Shown: one piece after another, positions 8,416 to 19,111 of the stretch
Numbering within the stretch: the stretch's first letter is position 1
How the letters are laid out: every line of letters starts with the position of its first letter
Assembly (NCBI GenBank): GCA_963662665.2
Contig: CAXXJS010000040.1
Coordinates: forward strand, 32,001 to 96,000
Direction of reading: 5' to 3'
Source: Candidatus Latescibacterota bacterium
GTDB taxonomy: Bacteria; Latescibacterota; UBA2968; GCA-2709665
DNA: 64,000 bases
Notes under the pieces: model-generated
What the model was told of the DNA's origin: nothing
Databases searched by the model: none
What the model saw: only the letters and a program-made list of their open reading frames with translations
Made by a program: the position numbers and the translations under genes

Positions 8416-10695
8416 TTATCGTACCGAGAACGATCGCACCGTCCGGGTCCGGTTGCCGCAGGCATCCGTTACGGTTACCTCCACCTTGTAACTTCCGCGC
8501 GTGAGCGGCTGCCTGGGCCGGGCCGTCACCTGAGCCGCTTCGGGGTCATATTCCGCGATCAACCGTTTTCCGTTCAGCCGGACGAGTATATCCTCCTCTC
8601 GCCGGATGCCCGAACCGTAGTCGCTAATCCCGGCGACAATTACCGGCCGTGTCTTTGAGACTTTTGCGCCCGACGCCGGCCGCAGGATTCTTACGCGCGG
8701 AGGGGTCTCGTCCAGCAATAGCGCGTAGGTGGAAAAACTCGGAACCGCGGCCGCCAGGGCCCGGCGCTCAGGAACGGCGCGGTTGCCGACAAAAACCCAG
8801 CTTCCCCCCCTGGTTAACCGATAGATGCCCAATCGTTCCGGGCGGCTGAAGTCAGCCGGGTATCGAAGGACGATTTCGGCCTTGCGCCGGAACGGTACGT
8901 CCTCCGGTGCAAACCGGTAACGCGATCCGACCAGGGGCAGGCCCTTCGCTCCCTTCCCTGGAGTGGTCTCGATCCGTCCGAAGAACGGCCTGTAGACTTC
9001 GCCGGCCGCGAAGCGGGCCAGCGCCATGCCGTCCTTCGAACGCACGACCCCGCCCGACGGGCGTACCGGCGTCTGGACCAGGCGAACCGACAGGCGCCCC
9101 GTATTGCCCTTCAGATCGACCGCGGAGAGGACTGCGCTTATTTCGCCGGTCACTGCCGGATCGAAGTGGACGACGGTTTCGTATCGGGAATGTTTCTGCT
9201 GAACGACTTCCTGTGTCGTTTCTCTGTTCGAAGGCCACCGCACGGAAACCCGCGGCGGCGCCGACAACAGCCGGGTGGAAACGATCTTCAATACGGCAAA
9301 GTCGGGATAGTAGCGCACCGTGCATTCCAGCAGGTCTCCCCGGGTTTCGGTCTCGGCCGCCGCAAGCGGCGCACACGTCTGAAAACCCTCCGACCCGAAG
9401 CTGTCCCGGCAGCGTACCCTGTAAACCGCATTGGGGGCATGGATGCATTCCACGTCAATCCGGCCGGACGCATCCGCATCCACACCGCGTACCAGACGCC
9501 AGGAGCGGCCGCCGTTCAAAGACTGTTCCACGAAGACCTTCTGTAAATTCCCGTCAAGTACCCTTGCACGCACCCGAGCCGAACGGCCGTTCAATTCGGC
9601 GCGGGCGCCCAGTACGCGTGGGACTGAATTGACAATCAACTCGAGATCCGCGCGCGATCGGTTGCCGGCCGCGTCTTCAATCACCACCCGGATACGATTT
9701 CTGCCGGGATCCAGCGCGACGCCGCGGCCCGAAGGCGGAATTCCCGCATACAGGACGCCGTCTCCAACCCTATACTTCCCGTACATTGGAAGTTGATTGC
9801 CGACAGACCGGTACAAGTTGTGATATATGCCGGCCCCGCGTGTCTTCAGAGTGAAATTCCGGTCCAGTTCGACCTGGTTGACCTGATCGTACCCGAAAAT
9901 CGTGTATTTGGTTTCGAAAACTTCCCGGTCGTTTACGAATAGCCTCAAGCGGTACGGTGCGAAACGGTTACTAAGCACGGTGGCGTCGGCCCGGTCGTAC
10001 GTCTTCACGCTCACGCCGATGCGCCCTGCGATCATTGGAACGCTTTTCGCAACGTAGCGCTTCAGTTTGGGTCGCCACTGCACGCCGAACGTCGCGGGTT
10101 CCATCTCATCCGAAACCCGCGATTCCGCGTCCAGGGGAATCAGAGCCAGGGACTGTATGGTAGGCGCAACGGTGTCCTTCACCTCGAATCCGTGGAGCAA
10201 CCCGTTGATCGGCCGCTGATTCTTGTCGCGAATCTCAAAATGCAGATGCGGTACCCCGCTGCCGGTGCTTCCGGAATATCCTACGGTCTCACCACGTTCA
10301 ACCTGAATCCGGTCTGGCTTGAAGAAGAGATTGACGCTATAATAGCCCCTTCGGGCCTGTTCGGCTTCGACAACGTCCCGAACCTCGGGCGCAAACCCAG
10401 AAAGATGCGCATAGACCGCGGTTCGACCGTCTTTCAGTTTGATATAGATCACCTTTCCATATCCCCAGGGCGAGGTACGCACGCGCCAGACGTACCCGTC
10501 GTCCACGGCCAGCACCGGGTAACCTTCCTTCCCCCACGTCTTGAAATCCAGCCCCGCGTGGAAGCGTCGCGGCCGATACTCTCCAAAGGAAGAGTTAAGC
10601 GCGGGTGGGGCCGCCATTGGCCAATGGTAATCTCCGGCATTCGCAATGCCGGAATCCGCAAGGAAAAGCAACCATATCAACAGGATCGCACGCAT
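8416..10695 (-). CDS. M23 family metallopeptidase with C-terminal beta-sandwich domains
   Basis: Signal peptide, HAGLD, YAHL and PHLHFEIR motifs. Confidence 0.88.
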   Translation of the reverse strand: MRAILLIWLLFLADSGIANAGDYHWPMAAPPALNSSFGEYRPRRFHAGLDFKTWGKEGYPVLAVDDGYVWRVRTSPWGYGKVIYIKLKDGRTAVYAHLSGFAPEVRDVVEAEQARRGYYSVNLFFKPDRIQVERGETVGYSGSTGSGVPHLHFEIRDKNQRPINGLLHGFEVKDTVAPTIQSLALIPLDAESRVSDEMEPATFGVQWRPKLKRYVAKSVPMIAGRIGVSVKTYDRADATVLSNRFAPYRLRLFVNDREVFETKYTIFGYDQVNQVELDRNFTLKTRGAGIYHNLYRSVGNQLPMYGKYRVGDGVLYAGIPPSGRGVALDPGRNRIRVVIEDAAGNRSRADLELIVNSVPRVLGARAELNGRSARVRARVLDGNLQKVFVEQSLNGGRSWRLVRGVDADASGRIDVECIHAPNAVYRVRCRDSFGSEGFQTCAPLAAAETETRGDLLECTVRYYPDFAVLKIVSTRLLSAPPRVSVRWPSNRETTQEVVQQKHSRYETVVHFDPAVTGEISAVLSAVDLKGNTGRLSVRLVQTPVRPSGGVVRSKDGMALARFAAGEVYRPFFGRIETTPGKGAKGLPLVGSRYRFAPEDVPFRRKAEIVLRYPADFSRPERLGIYRLTRGGSWVFVGNRAVPERRALAAAVPSFSTYALLLDETPPRVRILRPASGAKVSKTRPVIVAGISDYGSGIRREEDILVRLNGKRLIAEYDPEAAQVTARPRQPLTRGSYKVEVTVTDACGNRTRTVRSFSVR

Positions 10696-10757
10696 CGTTG
10701 TCGGACCTCCCCGCCCCACGTCGTGAGCGATTGTTTCTTCAGGATCAGCTGCGACTC

Positions 10758-10786
10758 AGTATAGGTATTTTGTCCTCCGGGGTCAA
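10758..10786 (-). promoter_or_regulatory. sigma70 promoter for M23-rhomboid genes
   Basis: Minus strand TTGACC-N17-TATACT. Confidence 0.65.
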
Positions 10787-10821
10787 GCACGCACCGGCTT
10801 TTTCGCACGAACAGAAAAAAC

Positions 10822-10848
10822 TTGCCTGCAAACGCCCCTTCCTATAAT
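10822..10848 (+). promoter_or_regulatory. Putative promoter for the surA/ppiD-like gene
   Basis: TTGCCT-N15-TATAAT. The spacer is short. Confidence 0.4.
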
Positions 10849-10965
10849 TTAATTGTGTTACTATCGAAAAATCCCGGGCCGGAGTTTTCACGTCCGGCCG
10901 TTGTCCGGGGCGGTCGCCGCCCTTGACTGCTGCCTTCTTGTCATCCACCGGAGGGTGTTCATCGC

Positions 10966-12786
10966 ATGCTTAAAAACCTGCGCAACGTGGTCCTGATCAA
11001 AGCCATGATGTGGATCGTGGCCATTTCCTTTGTGGCGTTGATGGTCTTCGACTGGGGCGCCGGCGGTATGACCTGCGCCGGACCGGGCGATACCGTAGGT
11101 GTCATCAACGGTCACAAGATCAGCCACCAGCAGTTCGTCGAAGCCCTCCGTGACGCCGCACGTCAGGCCAAAACCCGGAACAATGCCGACCCGGAGGAGA
11201 GCCAGCTCATCCGCCAGATCTGGGACCAGATGGTCGCCCAGATCCTCTACGCCCAGCAGATCGAAGAACACGACATCGCGGTCTCCGATGCGGAGGTCAA
11301 CTTTATCAACCGGAATCAGCCGGTTGAGTGGGTGCGGAATCAGGAAGTCTTTCAGACCGAAGGCAATTTCGATTCGGAAAAATACGGCAGGTTCCTGGAC
11401 GATCCCGGCACGTACGCAAGTCCCGAAAGGAGGCAGTTCGTACTCAGCGCCGAATACGCCGTCCGACAGGCCGTGCTTATCAGCAAGCTCCAGGAGATGG
11501 TCGCGGGAGGGGTGAGGATCACGTCGGCGGAGATCAGGGAAGCATTCGTGCGGCAGAAAGAGAAAGTCCGCGTTGCCTACGCGGTCATCGAAGCGTATTC
11601 GATTGCCGACTCACTGGTCTCCGTTTCGGACGACCGGATCAAGGCCTATTACGACGGCCACCTGGACGAGTTTCATCGGGAAGCGGCAGTCAATGCTTCC
11701 TTTGTCGCCTTCGACAAGAAATCTTCTGCGGCCGATGAAGCCAGTGGCGAAGCCGAAATCCGGGAATTGCTCGCGGAGGTCCGAGCCGGCGGGGACTTCG
11801 CCGCGCTGGCCGCAAACAACTCAGACGATCCCGGCAGTGCGGAACGGGGCGGAGATCTGGGGTTCTTCGGGCGTGGACGGATGGTCAAGCCCTTCGAGGA
11901 AACGGCCTTCTCTCTCGAACCGGGTGAAATTTCAGAACCCTTACGGACCCAGTTCGGATGGCATATCCTCAAGGTTGAAGACCGCAAAGGCGAGGGCGAT
12001 GAGCTCCAGGTCCGCGCCAGGCACATTCTGCTGAAAATCCGGCCGGGCAGAGACACGCTGGACAGCCTCCGCCTCGAAGCAGAACGCTTCCAGGAACGAG
12101 CGGAAGAGTCGGATTTCCTGACGGCGGTGGCCGAACAGAACCTTCAGGCAAAAGAAACCGGTTTCATTACGGCCGGCGGCTTCTTCCCCTTGTTGGGCAA
12201 TCGGACGTCCGGCCTGGTCAATTCCTTCCTCGGCGCTTCACCGGGCAGGATTTCAAACGCTTACGAAACCGATCAGGGCATCTATGTCTTCGTTCTTGTG
12301 GCCGCGCGCAAGGCCGGTCCGCAGCCACTGGACGAGGTCTACGATCGGATTTCGACCAAACTCAAGAATATGGAGAAAGTCAGCGTTGCGGCGGCGCGAA
12401 TTGCTCCATTGCTTGAGGACGTCCGGTCCGGAGAAAGCCTCAGAAACGCGGCGCGCGATCGCAATATCCGCTTCGCAGAGTCCAAATTCTTCAGCCGCGA
12501 GGAATTCGTTCAGGGCGTTGGCCGCGGGAATGAATTTACCGGCAGAGCCTTCCGCCTTGATGAGGGAACAACCAGCGACGTGGTCACCACGGACCGGGGC
12601 GCGTACGTGCTGCAGTTGTTGGAGAAAGAGCCGATTGACGAAGTCGAATTCAATGCGGAAGGGCCGAAACTGGTCCAGCGGCTCCGCGCGGAAAAACAGA
12701 ACGAAGTCCTGGCGGCCTGGTTCAGCGATCTCAAAGAACAGGCTGAAATCATCGACAACCGGCATCTCTTCTACCCGAACTTTTAA
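10966..12786 (+). CDS. SurA/PpiD-type periplasmic chaperone, parvulin peptidyl-prolyl isomerase
   Basis: N-terminal TM anchor, SurA_N-like region, [25 protein letters not shown] and [10 protein letters not shown] parvulin motifs. Confidence 0.9.
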   Translation: MLKNLRNVVLIKAMMWIVAISFVALMVFDWGAGGMTCAGPGDTVGVINGHKISHQQFVEALRDAARQAKTRNNADPEESQLIRQIWDQMVAQILYAQQIEEHDIAVSDAEVNFINRNQPVEWVRNQEVFQTEGNFDSEKYGRFLDDPGTYASPERRQFVLSAEYAVRQAVLISKLQEMVAGGVRITSAEIREAFVRQKEKVRVAYAVIEAYSIADSLVSVSDDRIKAYYDGHLDEFHREAAVNASFVAFDKKSSAADEASGEAEIRELLAEVRAGGDFAALAANNSDDPGSAERGGDLGFFGRGRMVKPFEETAFSLEPGEISEPLRTQFGWHILKVEDRKGEGDELQVRARHILLKIRPGRDTLDSLRLEAERFQERAEESDFLTAVAEQNLQAKETGFITAGGFFPLLGNRTSGLVNSFLGASPGRISNAYETDQGIYVFVLVAARKAGPQPLDEVYDRISTKLKNMEKVSVAAARIAPLLEDVRSGESLRNAARDRNIRFAESKFFSREEFVQGVGRGNEFTGRAFRLDEGTTSDVVTTDRGAYVLQLLEKEPIDEVEFNAEGPKLVQRLRAEKQNEVLAAWFSDLKEQAEIIDNRHLFYPNF

Positions 12787-12839
12787 GCCGTGCCCGGGCG
12801 AACCCGCGCGCTCCTGATCCGCCGCCCGACCGCACAAGG

Positions 12840-13547
12840 ATGACTCGCGTGGCCGTAATTACCGTCTCGCGGCAACTCGGCAGTATTGGAGACCTGGTCG
12901 CTCGCCGGGCGTCGGAGGTCCTCAACTACGACTTCGTGGACAAGCACCTCATCACGGAAGTCGCGAGAGAAGCCAATGTGCCCGAATCCGAAGTCGAGAA
13001 GTTCGACGAACAAACACAAAGCGCGGTCAAACGCTTCATTCACAGCCTGATCGTGCCGTCGCGTTCAGTTCCCACTCCCCCCGCCATGCTTTGGGGATTG
13101 GAGTTTCCCTACGAAGTATCGGCCGCTCTCCCGGCCGGCGACGCGACAGTCAACGAGGAAAAACACTTCCTGGACCAGCGGGACTATCTCAGATTTCTTC
13201 AGGCCGCCATCGACCGCCTCCGGAAACGGGACAGGATAATCATTGTGGGGAGAGGGGGCCAGGCTATCCTTCGGGATGTCCCGAATACGTTGCATATCCG
13301 TACCGTGGCTCCCCTGGAGAAACGCATCCAGGTCGTTGTGGAACGGCTGAACCTGGGCACCACGGAAGAGGCGAAAGGACTGATTCAGAAAAGCGACAGA
13401 CGCCGGGCCGCCTACCTCAAGAACAACTACAACATCAACTGGGACGATCCGTCCCAGTATCATTTCGTCCTGAACACCGGCCGGACATGCCTCGAATCCG
13501 CCGCCCGCATCATTCAACAGTCCGTAGACGCCCTCGGTTTTGCCTGA
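12840..13547 (+). CDS. Cytidylate kinase-like family protein
   Basis: VITVSRQLGSIG, IIVGRGG, SDRRR..Y and YHFVLNTG motifs. Confidence 0.85.
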   Translation: MTRVAVITVSRQLGSIGDLVARRASEVLNYDFVDKHLITEVAREANVPESEVEKFDEQTQSAVKRFIHSLIVPSRSVPTPPAMLWGLEFPYEVSAALPAGDATVNEEKHFLDQRDYLRFLQAAIDRLRKRDRIIIVGRGGQAILRDVPNTLHIRTVAPLEKRIQVVVERLNLGTTEEAKGLIQKSDRRRAAYLKNNYNINWDDPSQYHFVLNTGRTCLESAARIIQQSVDALGFA

Positions 13548-13610
13548 AAGCGTCCACGGATGTCCAGCGCCTCCCTCGTCTGATCAGCCGGACCGGACCA
13601 GACTCCATCA

Positions 13611-13648
13611 ACGGCCTCCGAAACGTATCGGGAGACCGTTTTTTTCTT
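13611..13648 (+). terminator. Probable Rho-independent terminator
   Basis: Imperfect stem ACGGCCTCCGA...TCGGGAGACCGT followed by a T-tract. Confidence 0.55.
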
Positions 13649-13816
13649 GCCCGCCTCCGGAAGCGCCCGCGCTTTGTCCTTGACTTGCCCTCTCACATCG
13701 TACATTTCTACCACGGTCGCCTTCCGCCAGGAGGACGGGTTCACCGCTGCCATAATTTCTAAAACGTCTATCGTCCGAGGTTTCGATCCATGCCCCCTGA
13801 AATCAGCCGAACGAGA

Positions 13817-15916
13817 ATGCGTTCCATCTCCAACAAGGACCTCTTCGCCGCGATCAACCTGAAGGGGACCGACCTGAAGCCCGTCCGGAAGGCGGTGAAG
13901 TCCGGAAAATGGAAGCAGGCGTCCTCAGCATGGGGAAATTACTTTTCCGCGCGGAAAGAGCCCCTTAATATGGTCGCGCCAACCGGCGACAAACCGGACC
14001 CGGACCGCGTTCGGGAGGCCGAACGCGTTGTCGCACACGAGATCCGGGGCTGGCACGACCTGACGTACAAGTTCGGAAAAACAGTCGACTTCAATGCAAA
14101 TTGGGGGCGCTCGGGCATCTACGGTACCCACTACTGGGGATGGTCCGAGTGCCTGCGGGTCGCGTTCGGACAAACCGGCGACCCCCGCTTTGTGGAATGT
14201 TTCGACGATCTGTTCAACCAGTGGTACGAGCAGCGCAACGACATTGACAACCCCGCCGGACACGACGTCATTTTCTATGAACTCGGGCTGGGGGGCCGCA
14301 CACCCCGGTTCATTGATCACTATTTCGCGTATCGGTCCACCGGCATTCTCAGGCCCGTCACCCATCGACGCATGTTGAAATCCATTCTGGGCGCAGGACG
14401 CTGGCTCTATCTCCTTGAAAAAGACGAAGGCTATCGCAGCGGAAACTGGCAGATGTGCGGCTCGTGGGCGCTCGTCTACGCGGGCGGCCTGTTCCCGGAG
14501 TTCAAGGAGGCACGACGCTGGGTCAAGATCGGCATTGAACGCCTTTTGGAACACGTCGACAGGGACTTTTACGCGGACGGCTGCCACCACGAACGTGCCT
14601 CCGGCTATGGCGCGTGGTGCACCCGCATCAGCGAGGATCTCCTTACGTTCTCGGACAGGATCCCGTACATCAAGATGGAAACCGACCTGCGCGCCCGCAT
14701 CGTGCGGATGTACGACTGGGTCCTATCCACCACCTCCCCACTGGGCGAGTCCCAGGGATTCAACGACGGAGGCATCGGGCCGCAGGAAGGCATATTGCGG
14801 CGGGCTGCCGAACTTACCGGAGACGGCCGATATCTCTGGCCCGTGCGCGACAGGATCGAATCCGGTTCCCGAATCCGGCCGAAGAAACCCGACTACACGT
14901 CCATCGACAGAAGGCCGTCGGGCTTTGCCGTCATGCGTTCGGACTGGAATAAGGATGCCCGATATCTGATTGTCAACTATGGTCCATGGGGCGGCGGCCA
15001 TACCCATAACGACCTGCTCGATTTCGAGCTCTACGCCCACGGTGAACCGCTGGCCGTAGAGGCCAGCCGCTGGGGCCCCTACGACAACCCGCTCGATCAG
15101 TACTTCCGTTCTCCACAGGCCCACAACCAGCTTGTGGTCAATGACGCGCCGATGGACCGCGTCCATCACCGCGGCGAGGACGTCGCCTGGGCGACCGGAG
15201 AAACGCTGGACTATTTTTCCGCAAACCACCGCGCTTATGAAGGTCAATACGCCACCCGCGTCGAGCGGCGCATCACATTTCTGAAACCCGACTATTTCCT
15301 CGTATCCGACGCCGTTTTTGAAGGTCCCCAGCACCACGCCTACACCTGGTACCTCCACGCGCCCGTCAGGTGGAAAGGCAGCCGAAGCCGTATGCTCACC
15401 ACCGGACGGCCGGGGTTGCAGGTCGTCCCCGCAATGCCCTCGGAGATTCACTACGTCCGTCGCGGAACCTCCTATGAGGAAAGGGACGGCGCACCCGGAA
15501 GATACCCCAACCGTTACTGGTTGGGTCTGCAGAAATGGGTCCGGGGCGAAGGCGCGAATGCCGTTGTGTACGACGTCGCGCTCGTTCCGTTCAAAACGGA
15601 ACCCGATGACGTCAACGTGTCCCGGCGCACAGCCGTCGCCAACGGAAAAACTTGCCGACCGGAAATCGCCAGAGGGATCCGGATCCGCCGCGGCAACAAG
15701 GTCGATCTTGTCGTATACGGCGTGGACGGCGGGACCATCGGATGCGACGGTCTCTCATTCACCGGAACGGTCTGCATTCTCTCCTTTCAGGATGAGCGTC
15801 CCGTCCGGGTCGCAGTCCTTGGCGGCGGCGACGTCGCCTACAAAGGCAGGCCGCTGATTCGCGGGAACCGCGAAGGTCTCACCGAACGGAAACTGCAGGC
15901 GCCATCGGATACCTGA
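13817..15916 (+). CDS. Heparinase II/III family (polysaccharide lyase-like) protein
   Basis: GNWQ, DGCHHERASGY, GFAVMRSDW, GGHTHNDLLDFEL and YFRSPQAHNQLVVN motifs. No signal peptide. Confidence 0.85.
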   Translation: MRSISNKDLFAAINLKGTDLKPVRKAVKSGKWKQASSAWGNYFSARKEPLNMVAPTGDKPDPDRVREAERVVAHEIRGWHDLTYKFGKTVDFNANWGRSGIYGTHYWGWSECLRVAFGQTGDPRFVECFDDLFNQWYEQRNDIDNPAGHDVIFYELGLGGRTPRFIDHYFAYRSTGILRPVTHRRMLKSILGAGRWLYLLEKDEGYRSGNWQMCGSWALVYAGGLFPEFKEARRWVKIGIERLLEHVDRDFYADGCHHERASGYGAWCTRISEDLLTFSDRIPYIKMETDLRARIVRMYDWVLSTTSPLGESQGFNDGGIGPQEGILRRAAELTGDGRYLWPVRDRIESGSRIRPKKPDYTSIDRRPSGFAVMRSDWNKDARYLIVNYGPWGGGHTHNDLLDFELYAHGEPLAVEASRWGPYDNPLDQYFRSPQAHNQLVVNDAPMDRVHHRGEDVAWATGETLDYFSANHRAYEGQYATRVERRITFLKPDYFLVSDAVFEGPQHHAYTWYLHAPVRWKGSRSRMLTTGRPGLQVVPAMPSEIHYVRRGTSYEERDGAPGRYPNRYWLGLQKWVRGEGANAVVYDVALVPFKTEPDDVNVSRRTAVANGKTCRPEIARGIRIRRGNKVDLVVYGVDGGTIGCDGLSFTGTVCILSFQDERPVRVAVLGGGDVAYKGRPLIRGNREGLTERKLQAPSDT

Positions 15917-15967
15917 CGGCGAGCCCGAATGGATGACGCCCGCCGTATAACGACACCGGGCATTCCC

Positions 15968-16978
15968 ATGTTCAGACTGATCCAGCTGATCCATCCCAAC
16001 GAGGGGCGGCGCATCGCCGTTGTCGACGGCGACCGTTGCCGACTGATCGACGGACACACGTCGGTTCACGGCATCGCAAGCTTCGTTCTGCAATCCGGCG
16101 AATCTCTGTGCGCGATAGTCGAAAGAACACTTGGAAGGAACTTCCAGGACTACGACGCCATCTACCACGGCCGGTCCGATTGGAAGCTCCTGCCCGCGTA
16201 CGATCACCCCGGTGAACCCACCCGCTGCCTGGTGGCCGGCACCGGTCTGACCCACCGTGCCAGCGTCGACAACCGACAGGCCATGCACGAACAGGACGGC
16301 GTCGGCGAGACGCAGGTTACCGACAGCATGCGAATGTACCAATGGGGTCTGCGAGGAGGCAGGCCGGAGACGGGAAACGTCGGCGTACCGCCGGAGTGGT
16401 TCTACAAGGGAACCGGCGCCATCCTTCGCGCACACGGCGAACCCCTGGACGTGCCGTCCTTCGCTGGCGACGGCGGCGAAGAACCCGAACTCGCCGGGGC
16501 GTATATTATCGATTCGGAGGGCAACCCCAGGCGCATCGGCCTCGCCATTGGAAATGAATTCTCGGACCACGTCACCGAAAAGAAAAACTACCTGTATCTG
16601 GCGCCATCCAAGCTTCGGACGTGCTCCCTCGGCCCCGAACTCATTCTCGATCCGGATTTCGGGAATGTCAGTGGCGAAGTCGCAATTGAACGAAACGGAA
16701 GCGTCGTCTGGGCCGGAACCATCGCGACGGGCGAGTCCAACATGGCGCACAGTCTGGCCAACCTCGAGCACCACCACTTCAAGTACCCGCAGCACCGCCG
16801 TCCCGAAGACGCGCACGTCTTCTTCTTCGGCGCGGATGCGTTCAGTTTCGGCGCTGGTGTCGAACTTGAAGACGGAGACATCATGGCCGTCTCATGGAAC
16901 GGCTTCGGCAGACCGTTGAAGAATCCCCTCCGGATTGAACAAGGCGAAGAAACCACCGTCCGGGTCGATCCGCTATGA
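15968..16978 (+). CDS. AraD1/GguC family protein (fumarylacetoacetate hydrolase superfamily, sugar-acid catabolism)
   Basis: GTGLTHRAS, TDSMRMY..G..GG.P, PEWFYKG, EEPELAG, GNEFSDH..E..NYLYLAPSKLR and NLEHHHFKY motifs. Confidence 0.88.
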   Translation: MFRLIQLIHPNEGRRIAVVDGDRCRLIDGHTSVHGIASFVLQSGESLCAIVERTLGRNFQDYDAIYHGRSDWKLLPAYDHPGEPTRCLVAGTGLTHRASVDNRQAMHEQDGVGETQVTDSMRMYQWGLRGGRPETGNVGVPPEWFYKGTGAILRAHGEPLDVPSFAGDGGEEPELAGAYIIDSEGNPRRIGLAIGNEFSDHVTEKKNYLYLAPSKLRTCSLGPELILDPDFGNVSGEVAIERNGSVVWAGTIATGESNMAHSLANLEHHHFKYPQHRRPEDAHVFFFGADAFSFGAGVELEDGDIMAVSWNGFGRPLKNPLRIEQGEETTVRVDPL

Positions 16979-17064
16979 CAATCGCCTGCCTTTCATCACA
17001 TCCCGAAAACACCAGGTTAGCGGGCGCGATCCCGAAACCGATCACTGCCTGAAGGACAATAGCG

Positions 17065-17910
17065 ATGATCATCGACGTACACACCCACGTCTTCCGGGAT
17101 CCTCAGGACTTTACTGAGCAGTTTCGCCGCCAGGCCATGCGCGCCAGGGGCGACGCGGAAATTGACCTCACGGCCAGCTATGAAGACTACCGGCGGCAGG
17201 CTGGCGAACCCGTACAAACGATTGTCTTCGGCGGCAAGGCCAGGCTGAGCGGTATATGGGTGGACGACCACTACGTTGCGGAAACGGTAGCCCGGAACCC
17301 GGAAACGCTCATCGGCTTCCTGTCGGTCGATCCCACCCAGGAGGGCTGGCAGGACGAGTTGAGAGAAGGTCACCAGAATCTCGGCCTTAAAGGAATAAAA
17401 TTACTCTCCATGTACGCGGGATTCAGGCCGGACGACACATCGCTCGATCCGCTCTGGCTTTATGCCCGGGAACACGGCCTGCCCGTTCTCCTGCATACAG
17501 GTACCACCTTCGTTTCCCAGGCGCCCCTGGAATGTACCCTTCCCCGCCACCTGGATCCGGTCGCCATTCGCTTTCCGGATGTAAAGATCATCCTGGCGCA
17601 CCTGGGGCATCCCTACGAAGGCGAGTGCGTTGCCGTTATCCGAAAACACCCCAACGTCTATGCCGACGTCAGCGCCCTGCACTACCGCCCGTTCCAACTC
17701 TACCACAGCCTGATGCTCGTCCAGGAATACGGCGTCTGGGACAAACTGCTCTTCGGCACGGACTACCCCTTTACCACCGTCGACGCATCGCTGGCCGGCC
17801 TTCGCAGCCTGAACGGTATGCTCGAAGGGACCGCACTGCCCCGCCTGGACGCGGACGGAATCGATTCGGTGATTTACAGGGACAGTCTATCGATCCTGAA
17901 CCTTGAGTAA
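17065..17910 (+). CDS. Amidohydrolase_2 family metal-dependent hydrolase
   Basis: IIDVHTH, LHTG, LAHLGHP, NVYADVS and LFGTDYP motifs. Confidence 0.88.
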   Translation: MIIDVHTHVFRDPQDFTEQFRRQAMRARGDAEIDLTASYEDYRRQAGEPVQTIVFGGKARLSGIWVDDHYVAETVARNPETLIGFLSVDPTQEGWQDELREGHQNLGLKGIKLLSMYAGFRPDDTSLDPLWLYAREHGLPVLLHTGTTFVSQAPLECTLPRHLDPVAIRFPDVKIILAHLGHPYEGECVAVIRKHPNVYADVSALHYRPFQLYHSLMLVQEYGVWDKLLFGTDYPFTTVDASLAGLRSLNGMLEGTALPRLDADGIDSVIYRDSLSILNLE

Positions 17911-18826
17911 CCCGATGCACATCGACGCACACATGCACGTCAACTACCAGGGCATGGATGCCGGGAGCCTCGTTTCCGAAATGGATGCCTTTGGCATCGA
18001 CGTCACGTGGCTGCTCACGTGGTACCTTCCGCCGGAACCGGAATCACCGCGATACGGCGGCGGATTCAGCCCGCTCAACTACAGGCCGGACGGCACCCAC
18101 GCCGGGGCGACTCTCGATCACATTCTAGGGGCGCGCGACAGATATCCCGGCCGTTTCATCGCCGGGTACTGCCCGTGTCCCTACGAGGGACAGGCCGCCG
18201 ACCTTTTTGAAACCGCGTGGCGGATGCATGGCGTGAGGGTCTGCGGTGAATGGAGCTATCGCCTCCTGCTGGACGATCCTCGAAGCATCCAGCTGTTCCG
18301 TCGCGCGGGTGAACTCGGCGCGCCCGTTGTGCTCCACCTGGACGTGCCCTACCTGCCCGATAAGAAAGGAAATCCAACGTATCAGACCAGTTGGTGCGGA
18401 GGGGACATCAGAAACCTGGAACGCGCGATGCAGGCTTGTCCCGACACCGTCTTTGTCGGTCATGCCCCCGGTTTCTGGCGACACATCAGCGGCGACGCGG
18501 TGACTTCAGCGGAAGCATATCCGCCCGGTCCAGTCGCCCCCGGCGGCGAACTCCATGCCCTTTTCGACGACTATCCCAACCTTTACGCGGACCTTTCGTC
18601 CGGGTCCGGCCTGAACGCCCTCAGCCGCGACCCCGAGCACGCCCGGGACTTCCTTATCCATCGTGCCGACAGACTGCTCTATGGACGCGATAACAAGGGC
18701 AACGACCTGCAGGAGTTCCTACCGACCCTCGACCTGCCCGCGGAGGTCCTGGAGAAGATTTACTACAAGAACGCGATCAGACTCGTGCCCACCGATGGAA
18801 GGGAAAACAAAATGGCCGCCCTGTAA
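17903..18826 (+). CDS. Amidohydrolase_2 family protein (second, divergent)
   Basis: HIDAHMH, VGHAPGFW, NLYADLSSGSG and IYYKNA motifs. TTG start overlaps the upstream stop, with an alternative ATG at 17915. Confidence 0.82.
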   Translation: MSNPMHIDAHMHVNYQGMDAGSLVSEMDAFGIDVTWLLTWYLPPEPESPRYGGGFSPLNYRPDGTHAGATLDHILGARDRYPGRFIAGYCPCPYEGQAADLFETAWRMHGVRVCGEWSYRLLLDDPRSIQLFRRAGELGAPVVLHLDVPYLPDKKGNPTYQTSWCGGDIRNLERAMQACPDTVFVGHAPGFWRHISGDAVTSAEAYPPGPVAPGGELHALFDDYPNLYADLSSGSGLNALSRDPEHARDFLIHRADRLLYGRDNKGNDLQEFLPTLDLPAEVLEKIYYKNAIRLVPTDGRENKMAAL

Positions 18827-18841
18827 CAAGGGCGGCCACTT
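18813..18841. terminator. Hairpin at the end of the heparinase operon
   Basis: TGGCCGCCCT-gtaaca-AGGGCGGCCA spanning the stop codon. Confidence 0.55.
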
Positions 18842-19111
18842 ACGTTCGAAGATTTAACCTTGATTCGCAATTCTTCGGGGAAGTAAAACCGAATATATGC
18901 AAGTAGATAAAGGCGATTTAACTTCTGATTACCAGGATACACCAGGTCACTGGACGTGGACTGAAAAAACGTCCTTTTTAACGACCGTTACGCCCCGTTT
19001 CAGGGGTTTTCGTCGCGTTGCCGAATTGCTGTTTTTTTTAAATTGAGGTTAACTCTCGCCGGATGTCCCTGAACTGAACCTGGACGGGCGGCAACCGTGT
19101 GTGCCGCCCGT

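Noticed and set aside
13690-13795. tRNA-like GGTTTCGATCC near the heparinase start
   Set aside because: No cloverleaf or acceptor stem can be formed.
18845-19060. AT-rich stretch between convergent operons, possible sRNA or small ORF
   Set aside because: Only a short GATTTAAC duplication, with no convincing RBS, ORF or recognisable RNA structure.
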